The position numbers and the translations under genes were made by a program. A DNA stretch of 64,000 bases, taken from an uncultured Acidobacteriota bacterium. GTDB taxonomy: Bacteria > Acidobacteriota > Thermoanaerobaculia > Multivoradales > UBA5704. The DNA is taken from positions 3,588,555 to 3,652,554 of the forward strand of contig CAVYRF010000002.1 in NCBI GenBank assembly GCA_963770895.1. The letters are read 5' to 3'. Numbering within the stretch: the first letter of the stretch is position 1; each line of letters starts with the position of its first letter. Under the pieces are notes generated by a model. The model made no database searches, had not been told where the DNA came from, and saw nothing but the letters and a program-made list of their open reading frames with translations. Of this stretch, positions 35,460-44,025 are shown piece by piece.

Positions 35460-36443
35460 TCACTCCGCGGGCAGCGAGCGCAGGCGGTAGGCGGCGCCGT
35501 CGTAGCCGCCGACCGCGGCCACCTCGGTGACGCGGCGCCCCTGGCTGCCGCCGGCGATCATCACCACCATCTGGACGGCGGCGCCGACCAGGTGCGGCTG
35601 CGGGCCGACGCGGTTGCGCTGTGCCAGGCGGTCCAGGCGGTCGAGCGCCGCCAGCGGGTCGTCGGCATGGAGGGTGGCGCAGCCGCCGGGGTGTCCGGTC
35701 TGCCAGGCGTCGCACAGGTCGAGCGCGGCTTCGTCGCGCACCTCGCCGACCACGATGCGGTCGGGCGAGGTGCGCAGCGCCGCCTTCACCAGGTCCTTGA
35801 GCTTGAGCGCTTCGGTGGTGCGCAGCGCCAGGCAGTCGGCGGCCGAACAGCGCAGCTCCACCGTGTCCTCCAGGATGACGATGCGCGCGCGCGGCGCCTG
35901 GCGGGTGATCTCCAGCAGGATGGCGTTGCACAGCGTCGTCTTGCCGCTGCCGGTGCCGCCCGCCACCAGCACGTTGCGGCGCGCCGCCACCGCGTCGACG
36001 ATCGCCGCGTGGTGGCGCCGGGCGAGCACGCCGGCCGTGACGTAGTGATCCAGGCTGTACACCACCGCCGGCGGCTTGCGCAGGTTGAAGCTGGGAGCGG
36101 CGACGAGCGGCGGCACGAACCCCTGCAGCCGCGCGCCCAGGAAGGTCGCGGCCGGCAGCTCCGCTTGCAGCTGCGGCCGCGCCGCATTGATCACGGTGCC
36201 CAGGCCGCTGGCCACGATGTTGAGGAACCGCTGCACCTGGCTGGCGGTGAGCGCCGTGCCGCTGTCGCGGCGGCCGCGGGCGCGGCTGTCGAGGAACAGC
36301 CGGCCGCCCGGATTGACGTAGATCTCGGTCACGTCGGGGTCGGCCATGGCAGCCATCACCGCCGGCCCCACCGCCCGCGCCAGGGCGTCGCAATGGCGGC
36401 GTCCGGGGTCCATGCCGCCTGTCTCCGCGTCGTGCTCGGCCAT
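35460..36443 (-). CDS. trbB: Conjugal transfer ATPase TrbB (VirB11 family)
   Basis: Walker A 'VAGGTGSGKTTLCNAIL'. Asp box 'RIVILEDTVEL'. His box 'GHPGGCATLHADDP'. ATG at 36443 preceded by an AAGGAGG RBS. Confidence 0.9.
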   Translation of the reverse strand: MAEHDAETGGMDPGRRHCDALARAVGPAVMAAMADPDVTEIYVNPGGRLFLDSRARGRRDSGTALTASQVQRFLNIVASGLGTVINAARPQLQAELPAATFLGARLQGFVPPLVAAPSFNLRKPPAVVYSLDHYVTAGVLARRHHAAIVDAVAARRNVLVAGGTGSGKTTLCNAILLEITRQAPRARIVILEDTVELRCSAADCLALRTTEALKLKDLVKAALRTSPDRIVVGEVRDEAALDLCDAWQTGHPGGCATLHADDPLAALDRLDRLAQRNRVGPQPHLVGAAVQMVVMIAGGSQGRRVTEVAAVGGYDGAAYRLRSLPAE

Positions 36444-36450
36444 CCGCGTA

Positions 36451-36500
36451 CCTCCTTGATCGCGGAAGCCATCCTAGACACTATTCTACGAATAGTCAAG
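36451..36500 (-). promoter_or_regulatory. trbB promoter with palindromic operator (reads on minus strand: TTGACT, 17 nt, TAGGAT, then RBS AAGGAGG)
   Basis: Minus-strand sequence 'TTGACTattcgtagaatagtgtcTAGGATggcttccgcgatcAAGGAGGtacgcggATG'. The perfect palindrome CTATTC-GTA-GAATAG sits in the spacer and overlaps the -35 element. The region is locally AT-rich in a ~70% GC genome. Confidence 0.45.
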
Positions 36501-36601
36501 ACTAGTGAGCGAATATATTTGAAGGCAGCCGAAGCCGATGCCGGAACCGCGCCCGGACACGGGGGCCGGGGGGAGGGGTCAATCTGGTCCGCGGGAAATG
36601 C

Positions 36602-36790
36602 GGGTCAGCTCAGGGGGGCGGCCGAGCCGTGGGAGGAGCGGATGAGCTCAGGGGGAGGCCGCCGAGCCGCCGAAGGAGCGGGTCAGCTCAGGGGAGGCCG
36701 CCGAGCCGCCGGAGGAGCGGGTCAGCTCAGGGGAGGCCGCCGAGCCGCGGGAGCAGCGGGTCAGCTCAGGGCAGATAGCCGAGCGCGCGC
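36602..36790. repeat. Tandem repeat array, ~39-40 bp unit, ~4.8 copies, between the sulfatase-like gene 3' end and the trbB promoter
   Basis: Units 'GGTCAGCTCAGGGGAGGCCGCCGAGCCGCCGGAGGAGCG' recur at 36602, 36641, 36681, 36720 and 36759. The last partial unit contains the sulfatase stop codon and final codons (…GYLP*). The array therefore looks generated by reiterated duplication of the gene's 3' end. Confidence 0.8.
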
Positions 36791-38094
36791 AGGCGGGCGC
36801 GCTCTTCGTCGCCGACCATCGCGGCGGGGCCGCTGGTGGTGGGCATTTCCGCCACCAGGGTGTGCAGGCGCTGGTTGAGCGCCGCCGCCAGGTCGCGGTG
36901 CTGGGCCGCCACGTCGCGGTGTTCGCCGGGGTCGGCGGCCAGGTCGTAGAGGTGCCCGTCGTACAGCTTCCAGGGGGCCAGGCGGATCGACACCCCCGGG
37001 TCCGAATCCATGTGGCTGACGGCGAACCGCGGCAGGGCGGCGCGGCCCTGGGCGAGCGGCTCCAGGTCGCTGCCGCGGAACTGCCGCGGCTGCGGCCAGC
37101 CCATGGCGGCGACCAGGGTGGGGGCGATGTCGATCTGCCGCACCTGCGAGGTGACCGTTTCGCCGGCGTAGCGGCCGTCCGGGAACTTGATCAGCAGCGG
37201 CACCCGCAGCAGCTCGTCGTAGAGCGTATGGGAGTGCCAGCCGACCGAGCCGTGCTCGGCGAACTCTTCGCCGTGGTCGGAGGTGAAGACGATCAGCGCG
37301 CCGTCGTAGCGGCCGGTCCGCTTGAGGAAGTCGACCAGGTTGCCGAACCCTTCGTCCATCGAGCGGATCTCGCCGTCGTAGGTGGCGACGATGTGCTCCA
37401 GGTCGCGCGGCCCGATGTGCAGCCGTCGGGTGCGGATGGCGAGCAGCGTCGGCATGTCCGTCTGCCCGGCCGGCAGCGGTCCGTGATAGGGCTCCGGCTC
37501 CTCCATCGCCAGGTAGCGCGGCGACGGCGTGTACGGATGGTGGACTTCGTAGGTGTGCAGAAACAGGAAGCGCGGCGCCGCCGGCGGGTGGGAGCCGAGC
37601 CAGCGCGTCGCCAGCGCCACGACGTCGGTGAAGTGATAGATGCCGGCGGGGGGAGACGAGCTGTACAGGTCGAAGCCGTGGTCGATGCCGTAGGCGGCGG
37701 CGATCTGGCCGCCGTCGTTCCACGACAGCGTCTGAAAGCCGTGCTGGCGGAAGATCGAGGCGATGGTCTGGAAGCGCGGCGACAGCGCGTGGTTGATGCG
37801 ATGCTCGGCGCCGTGCTGCTGCGGCAGCAGCGACGTCATGATCGAAGCGTGCGACACCAGGGTCGAAGAGCCCGCGGCGATCGCCTGCTGGAACAGCACG
37901 GCATCCTGGCGGAAACGATCGATGTGCGGGGTTGTCGGCCGGCTGTAGCCGTAGCAGCCCAGGTGGTCGGCGCGCAGGGTGTCGATCGACACCAGGATGA
38001 CGTCGCGCGGCAGGTCGACCGCGCCGGCGGCGCCCACGTCGTGCGCCCGCACCCGGCCCGGCAGCAGGCCGGCGGCCAGCGCCACCGCCGCCAC
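36766..38094 (-). CDS. Sulfatase-like hydrolase/transferase (alkaline-phosphatase superfamily), secreted
   Basis: 'VILVSIDTLRADHLGCYGYSRPTTPHIDRF' is the PF00884-type N-terminal metal-binding motif. C-terminal 'FTSDHGEEFAEHG' is also present. No clear C/S-x-P-x-R formylglycine motif can be seen. Signal peptide present. Confidence 0.7.
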   Translation of the reverse strand: MAAVALAAGLLPGRVRAHDVGAAGAVDLPRDVILVSIDTLRADHLGCYGYSRPTTPHIDRFRQDAVLFQQAIAAGSSTLVSHASIMTSLLPQQHGAEHRINHALSPRFQTIASIFRQHGFQTLSWNDGGQIAAAYGIDHGFDLYSSSPPAGIYHFTDVVALATRWLGSHPPAAPRFLFLHTYEVHHPYTPSPRYLAMEEPEPYHGPLPAGQTDMPTLLAIRTRRLHIGPRDLEHIVATYDGEIRSMDEGFGNLVDFLKRTGRYDGALIVFTSDHGEEFAEHGSVGWHSHTLYDELLRVPLLIKFPDGRYAGETVTSQVRQIDIAPTLVAAMGWPQPRQFRGSDLEPLAQGRAALPRFAVSHMDSDPGVSIRLAPWKLYDGHLYDLAADPGEHRDVAAQHRDLAAALNQRLHTLVAEMPTTSGPAAMVGDEERARLRALGYLP

Positions 38095-38135
38095 GGCCCC
38101 CAGCGTCGTCCAGGCGAACGGCTGCCAGCGGGCGC

Positions 38136-41100
38136 TCAGACCTTCTCCCAGATCAGCACCTGGGCGGGGAGCCCGAGGGCCGCCGTGGCGTCCAGCTGGC
38201 CGGCCGGGCGCAGCGCGGGGTGCCGGGGCGGCGCGGGGTGCGGCTGGCCGCCGTCGGCGACGGCGGTGGTGGCGGTCGAGGGAGCGGCGGTCACCAGCAG
38301 GAAGAGGCCGCCGCGCGCCAGTCTGCCGGCGGCGTTTTCGAGCAGGATCGGGTGGTCGCCGCCGGGTGTGAGATCGACGTGCAGCCAGGCGTCGCTGGGG
38401 AAGCGGCCGGCGCCCGGCAGGCCGCCGCCGCCGTCCGCCAGGCGGGAGCCCAGGTGGGCCGCCGCCGCCTGGTGCAGCTCGGCGGCGCGCGGGCTGTGCG
38501 CCGAAACCTCGACGGCGGCGGTGTTGGCGAGCGCGGGCAGCTGCTGGTCGAGCACCGCCAGCAGGCGAGTGAGCGCTTCGGGAGTGCAGCCCGCGCCGGC
38601 GGCGCCGTTGGCGGGATGGGCGCCATTGGCGCGATGGGCGCCATGGGCGCCGTTGTCCTGGCGCGGGGCGGCCGCCGCGCGATCGCGCGGCAACCGCTGC
38701 TCGACCGCCAGCAGGCTGCGGGAGTGCCCGGCCAGGCCCTGCTCGGCGGCGTCCTGCCGCACTGCCAGGCCGGCCAGCCGCGCGGTCAGCGTGTTCTGCC
38801 GGGTGGTCACGTCGTGCAGCGCCGCCAGCAGGTCCTGGCGCTCGGCGTTCATGTCGAGCAGCCGCGCCAGCTCCGCCTCCAGCGCGCCCAGGGAGGCGAT
38901 CCGGGCGTCGAGCGCCGCGCCGGCGGCGTCGCGTGCCGCGTTGGCGGCGTCGCGTGCCGCGTCGGCGCCGATGCGTGCCGCCGCCTGCGCGTCGATCAGG
39001 GCGCGCAGCAGGTCGTGCTCGCGGTCCCAGGCGACCCCCAGGTCGCGAACGCGGCGGATGGCGCGGCGCAGGAATCGCCAGGCCCGCGCCGGGGCCGGTC
39101 CGCTGGCGGGAGCGCTCAGGCTGCTGCGGCGGCGCACCGCGTCCCAGCGCTCCAGCGCCCCGGCCAGGTCTGATGGCGACGGGGCGGCCGCGGCATCGGC
39201 GGGCGCTGCCGGCGCCGTTTGCGTGGTCGGAGCCGTGGGCGTCGCGTCTGCCGTGGGCGCGGTTGCCGGGGGCGTCGCTGCACCGGCAAGGGCGCCGCGC
39301 AGGCGCTCGCCTGCCGCCGCGGCGGCGCGCGCCACGTCCTGCCGCAGGTCTGCCGCCGGGCGCGCCCAGGAGTTGTCGGTCGCCGGATAGGCGGGCGTCT
39401 TGCGCAGCGCCAGGTGCACCGAGCAGAACACCTGGCCCTGGTGCGACAGCACCAGGTGCGGCAGCCGGCGCTCGCCGTGGCCGATCTGGCGCGCCGCCTC
39501 CAGCAGCTCCCGCGAGGTGGCCAGCGTGGCGGCGGACACCGCCGGCACCAGGTCGTCCACCGGTTCGAGGCCGCTTGCCTGGACGATGTGGCGGCGCAGG
39601 CCGGCAGCGTCGAACAGCTGCACGTCCTGCCAGCCGGAGGCTCCCGGCGGGCCGGCGATCAGGAACTCCGTCGACAGCACGGCGACCCCGCCCGGCGCCA
39701 GCACGCGGCCGATCTCATAGGCCGCGGCGGCCACGTCGGCAAGGCCGCCGAAGTGCTCGATGGAGCCGCTGGCGAAGACGCCGGCGAAGGTGTCGTCCGG
39801 GAAGTCGAGCACCCGTCCGTCCATGTGCTGCACCGTGAGCTTCCACGATTCGAAGGGATAGGGGCACAGCTCCTGCGGGCGCGTCAGCATCAGGGTCGAC
39901 GCTTCCTGCCATTGGCCGGGACCCAGGTAGAGGTCGGTGGCGATGACCCGCGCGACGTGGCGGGTGAGGTAAAAGCAGGTCAGCTCGCTGCCCGCGCCGA
40001 CGCCCAGCAGCGTCGCATCCGGCCGCAGGGCGCCGTAGCGGCGCAGGGCGCGGACGCTCATCGCGATCTCCCAATGCTTGCGGTCTTCGGTGCCGGCGGG
40101 GAAGTCCGCACCGCGCACCGCCGCTTCGTGGGGGAAGATGTCGCGGATCAACGCCGCCAGCTCAGGGTCGCGGAAGTCCTCGATCGCGCAGACCTTGTTG
40201 TGGGCCAGGCCGCCACCCTCGCCGGCATCGGCGCCGGCATCGGCAGCGGGATCGGCGCCGGCGCCGGTGGCGGCCGCCTCCGGTGGCAGCTGGTGGGCCG
40301 GCCGCTCGGTCAGCTCTTCGATCACGGCGCGGTAATGGTCCGCCATCTGCTGCAAGGTGCCATGCGCAAGATGATACTCGCGTGCGGCGCGTCCCGCCGC
40401 GGCCGCGTGGCCGGGATCGGCGGCCAGGCCGGCCAGCCAGCCGGCGAGGTGGACGGCTTCCTGGTCATCGGGCTTGATACGGTAGCAGAACCGCGCCGGC
40501 AGGTGGTCCCAATCGGCCACGTCGGTGACCGCCACCGGCCGGCCCGCGGCGATGGCGCGCAGGAGCGTCGCCGACATCTGCTTGCGGAAGGGAAAGCGCA
40601 GGTTGACCACCGCGTCGCAGGCCAGCAGCAGCCGGTAGAAGTCGCCCTTCGCCACCTGTTCGAACAGGCGCAGGCGGGAGGCGATGCCCAGGTCGCGCGC
40701 CACCTCCTTGAGGCGGATGCGGTAGGCGGGGCGCGAAAAGCGGCCGACGACGATCAGCATGGCGCCGGGCACCTGGGGGGCGATGCGCGCCACCGCCTGC
40801 AGCGCGGCTTCGATGCGCTTGACCGGATCGGCGATGCCGAAGGTACCCACGATGAAGGCGTCCGCCGGCAGGTTGTAGAACCGGCGCAGGGAAGCCGCGT
40901 CGCCGGCGGGATGGCTGATGCGCGGGTCTTCCACCCCCATCGGGAAGCTGAAGACCCGCGCCCGCGGATAGCGCTCTTCGATCTCCTGCGCGGCGCGCGG
41001 CAGGTGGACGATCTGGGCCAGGCTGGCGTCGATCAGTGAGCGCAGCATGTAGTGCCGGCCCAGGAACTCTTCGCTGGCGCGGGTGCGGTCGGCGGGGTCG

Positions 41101-42854
41101 GTGCGCGACAGGGCGTCCCAGGCTTCGCGGGCCTGGCGCCCCTCCGCCACCTCGATCTCGCGGCCGATCTGGTCCACCGGCCAACCGGCGGCGAACAGGT
41201 CGAGGTGCACGTACCCCAGGGTCAGGTCGTGCAGCACCAGCACGCCGGGCCAGCGGCGGATGGCCTCCAGCATGAAGACGTGGAACATGGAGGCGCCCAG
41301 CTGGTAGATCACGGCGTCGAACGGCTGGCGCCGCCGGCGGCGCTCGAAGGCGGTGTAGTGGAAGACCGGCCAGGCGGTGACCAGCTCCTGGTCCGGCAGG
41401 TAGCCGTCGTCGACGAACAGCTCCAGGTCCGCCGCCGGCGCCAGCGCGCCCAGCAGCTCGGCGGTGTAGTCGGAGATGCCGCTGGCGATCGGCGGCAGCG
41501 GTCCCCAGAATGCCAGGCGCAGGCGGCGCGGCGGCGCCGGTTGCCGCCCGCGCGGCGGCAGGGGGCGGGGGGGGCGCGCCGCGTCGTCGTCAGCGATGGC
41601 CTGCCGGTAGCTTTGCAGCGTGGCCTCACCCAGGCGGCGCGGCGTGAAGCCGGCGGCGCGCGCCAGGCCGGCGGCGCGCAGATCGCGGCGCAAGCCGGGG
41701 TCGCCGTCGAGCTGGGCGAAGGCGCGGGCGAAGCTGGCCGGGTCTTCGGGGTCGACCAGCAGGCCGGCCTGGCCCACCACTTCCGCCGGCGCCCCGGCGC
41801 CGGCGGCGATGACCGGCGCGCCGCAGCGCATCGCCTCGAGCGCCGGCATGCCGAAGCCTTCGTAGCGCGACGGCAGCACGAAGAAATGGCAGGCGTTGTA
41901 GAGCGCCGCCAGCTCGCGGTCGGCGACGAAGCCGGGGACGATGGTCTGGTCCCGAATGCCCAGGTCGAGCAGCCAGCGCTCGACGACATGGCGCCCGGCC
42001 AGGTCGAAGTCGCCGACCACCACCAGCGGGTGGCGGCGGCGCCACGGCTCCGGCATCGCGGCGAAGGCGCGCAAGAGCGTCAGCGCGTTCTTGGCGTGGT
42101 GGAGGTGGGTGAGCGACAGCACGAAGTCTTCGGGCAGCGGCACGCGGTGCCGGAGGTCCGTCAGGGCGGCCGCCACGGCCGGCGCGTCGAGCGGCCGGAA
42201 CCAGGGTTCGGCGATCGGGTAGGCGACGTCGATGCGCCGGCGGTCGATGCCCAGCTGGTCGGCGGCTTCGTCGCGCGCAAAGCTGGAGATGGCCAGCAGG
42301 CGGTCGGCGAAGCGCAGCGCCCGCGTCGTGCGCAGGTAGCGCGCCAGCTCCGCGCCGCGAAAGTAGCGGTCGCGGTAGATCAGCGGGATCAGGTCGTAGT
42401 GCGTCGCGACCAGGGCGCAGCTGTCGCAGCGCCAGAAGGCAGGCTCCGCGTTCTGAAACGGCGTCGTGGCATGGAAGAGGTCCAGCCCCAGGTCGGCAAG
42501 CAGCCCTGAAAGGGCGGCGGCATGGCGCAACAGGTCGCGCTCGGCGTGAGGCTCGCCCTGGCCGGTCAAACCGGGTGGCAGGCTCGCCCGCGAGACGTTG
42601 GGCGCGGCGGCGATCTCGGGCAGCAGCAGCTCGGGATCGCCGTCGGGCGCCAGCAGCAGCACGAACTGGTGCTGCCGCGCCTCCGGCAGGCGCAGGACTT
42701 CGCGCAGCTGCTGCTGGGTGAAGCGCCCCATGCCGCGGTCGACCGTGGCGCGGCCGCCGGACAGCATGCGGAAATCGACCCCGAATCGCATGTCCAGGTC
42801 AGCGGCGGACGAGGCTCGCGAAGCCAGCGGCGACTTGTGACATTGAAGCCACAA
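38136..42854 (-). CDS. 1572-aa multidomain enzyme: two GT4-family glycosyltransferase domains, a class I SAM-dependent methyltransferase domain, a coiled coil, and a C-terminal MTase-like tail
   Basis: GT4 E-x7-E regions 'FVLPSRYEGFGMPALEAMRCGAPVIA', and a second GT-B domain 'LRLAFWGPLPPIASGISDYT...'. MTase motif I 'LLGVGAGSELTCFYL' and post-I/II motifs 'FASGSIEHF', 'LAPGGVAVLSTEF'. Heptad-rich 'ARIGADAARDAANAARDAAGAALDARIASLGALEAELARLLDMNAERQDLLAAL'. Confidence 0.7.
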   Translation of the reverse strand: MWLQCHKSPLASRASSAADLDMRFGVDFRMLSGGRATVDRGMGRFTQQQLREVLRLPEARQHQFVLLLAPDGDPELLLPEIAAAPNVSRASLPPGLTGQGEPHAERDLLRHAAALSGLLADLGLDLFHATTPFQNAEPAFWRCDSCALVATHYDLIPLIYRDRYFRGAELARYLRTTRALRFADRLLAISSFARDEAADQLGIDRRRIDVAYPIAEPWFRPLDAPAVAAALTDLRHRVPLPEDFVLSLTHLHHAKNALTLLRAFAAMPEPWRRRHPLVVVGDFDLAGRHVVERWLLDLGIRDQTIVPGFVADRELAALYNACHFFVLPSRYEGFGMPALEAMRCGAPVIAAGAGAPAEVVGQAGLLVDPEDPASFARAFAQLDGDPGLRRDLRAAGLARAAGFTPRRLGEATLQSYRQAIADDDAARPPRPLPPRGRQPAPPRRLRLAFWGPLPPIASGISDYTAELLGALAPAADLELFVDDGYLPDQELVTAWPVFHYTAFERRRRRQPFDAVIYQLGASMFHVFMLEAIRRWPGVLVLHDLTLGYVHLDLFAAGWPVDQIGREIEVAEGRQAREAWDALSRTDPADRTRASEEFLGRHYMLRSLIDASLAQIVHLPRAAQEIEERYPRARVFSFPMGVEDPRISHPAGDAASLRRFYNLPADAFIVGTFGIADPVKRIEAALQAVARIAPQVPGAMLIVVGRFSRPAYRIRLKEVARDLGIASRLRLFEQVAKGDFYRLLLACDAVVNLRFPFRKQMSATLLRAIAAGRPVAVTDVADWDHLPARFCYRIKPDDQEAVHLAGWLAGLAADPGHAAAAGRAAREYHLAHGTLQQMADHYRAVIEELTERPAHQLPPEAAATGAGADPAADAGADAGEGGGLAHNKVCAIEDFRDPELAALIRDIFPHEAAVRGADFPAGTEDRKHWEIAMSVRALRRYGALRPDATLLGVGAGSELTCFYLTRHVARVIATDLYLGPGQWQEASTLMLTRPQELCPYPFESWKLTVQHMDGRVLDFPDDTFAGVFASGSIEHFGGLADVAAAAYEIGRVLAPGGVAVLSTEFLIAGPPGASGWQDVQLFDAAGLRRHIVQASGLEPVDDLVPAVSAATLATSRELLEAARQIGHGERRLPHLVLSHQGQVFCSVHLALRKTPAYPATDNSWARPAADLRQDVARAAAAAGERLRGALAGAATPPATAPTADATPTAPTTQTAPAAPADAAAAPSPSDLAGALERWDAVRRRSSLSAPASGPAPARAWRFLRRAIRRVRDLGVAWDREHDLLRALIDAQAAARIGADAARDAANAARDAAGAALDARIASLGALEAELARLLDMNAERQDLLAALHDVTTRQNTLTARLAGLAVRQDAAEQGLAGHSRSLLAVEQRLPRDRAAAAPRQDNGAHGAHRANGAHPANGAAGAGCTPEALTRLLAVLDQQLPALANTAAVEVSAHSPRAAELHQAAAAHLGSRLADGGGGLPGAGRFPSDAWLHVDLTPGGDHPILLENAAGRLARGGLFLLVTAAPSTATTAVADGGQPHPAPPRHPALRPAGQLDATAALGLPAQVLIWEKV

Positions 42855-43047
42855 TCATAGCCGACCGCGGCGCGACATGGAACGCCGGGGGGGTGGCACC
42901 CACCCGTGGACACCCCGGGGGAGCAAGCGATCGCGTGACAGCCGGCAGATCCTGCTGGACAGGTGGCGGAGCGGACCCATACACTAGGAGCGGTTCCAAA
43001 AAACCGTGGACATGCCTGCCAGAGGGCAGGCAAGGAGGGTTGTTGCA

Positions 43048-43980
43048 ATGAGATCTGAACGGCTCCGAGTGCTCGGGTTGACTCTGCTCCTGCTGCTGAC
43101 TTTGACGACGCTTGCCCATGCGCAGGCGACGCGGACCTGGGTGTCTGGGGTGGGCGACGACGCCAACCCGTGCAGCCGCACGGCCCCCTGCAAGACGTTC
43201 GCCGGCGCCATCTCCAAGACCGCCGCCGGCGGTGAGATCAACGTGCTGGATCCGGGCGGATTCGGCGCCTTGACCATCACCAAGGCGATTTCGATCGAGG
43301 CTGACGGACTGATCGCCGGCGTGCTGGTGTCGGGCACCAACGGCTTCGTCATCGCGGCCGGGGCGACCGACACGGTGACGCTGCGCGGCCTGACGTTCGA
43401 GGGCATCGGCACCGGCCTGAACGGGGTCTCGATCCTGTCGGCAGGCAACGTGCTCATCGATCACTGCTATATCAACGGTTTCACCAACGAGGGCATCAAC
43501 ATCGCGCCCGCCGCGCCGGCGACCGCCACCAACGTGACGATCCAGGACACCACGATCAAGGGCACCACGGGCGCCGTCCCCAACGGCTACGGCATCTACG
43601 TCAAACCCGCCGCGGGCACGACCGCCAACGTGACGATCAATCGCGTCACGGCCAACACCAACCAGGCCGGCGCCCTGCGCCTGGAAGGCAGCGCCAGCAA
43701 GGCGACGGTGCGCGACAGCAATTTCTCGCTCAACACCGCCGGCAACGCCGTGGTGGCCAATACCAGCTCGACGATCAGCATGGACAACACGCTGATCGCG
43801 GGCAACGCCAACGGCATTGTCGCCAGCAACTCCGGCACCGTGCGGATCAGCAACATTTCGCTCTTCGACAACACCAACAACGCCATCAACGCGACGGGCG
43901 GCACGGTGCTGTCGTTCGAGAACAACCGCATCGTCGGCACCATCACCGGCGGCCCGATCTCGACCCAGGCCCAGCAGTAG
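43048..43980 (+). CDS. Secreted right-handed parallel beta-helix repeat protein (pectate-lyase-fold-like)
   Basis: ATG at 43048 with an AAGGAGGG RBS. Signal peptide 'LGLTLLLLLTLTTLAHAQA'. Periodic '...NVTI.D.TI.G..' and 'N.G..' rungs typical of beta-helix proteins. Confidence 0.6.
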   Translation: MRSERLRVLGLTLLLLLTLTTLAHAQATRTWVSGVGDDANPCSRTAPCKTFAGAISKTAAGGEINVLDPGGFGALTITKAISIEADGLIAGVLVSGTNGFVIAAGATDTVTLRGLTFEGIGTGLNGVSILSAGNVLIDHCYINGFTNEGINIAPAAPATATNVTIQDTTIKGTTGAVPNGYGIYVKPAAGTTANVTINRVTANTNQAGALRLEGSASKATVRDSNFSLNTAGNAVVANTSSTISMDNTLIAGNANGIVASNSGTVRISNISLFDNTNNAINATGGTVLSFENNRIVGTITGGPISTQAQQ

Positions 43981-44025
43981 GCAGGCCGCCGTTCGCGGCA
44001 TGCGGCCGGGAGGCGTGGCGATCGA

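Noticed and set aside
35064-36878. 604-aa plus-strand ORF and 35203..36393 minus ORF overlapping trbB/trbC
   Set aside because: trbB and trbC on the minus strand have canonical VirB11 Walker/His-box and pilin motifs. The alternatives are noise.
42854-43047. Intergenic hairpins (GGTGG-cac-CCACC; CCTGCC-agag-GGCAGG) upstream of the beta-helix gene
   Set aside because: Short stems without a U-tract or conserved context. Could be incidental. Insufficient evidence for a specific regulatory element.
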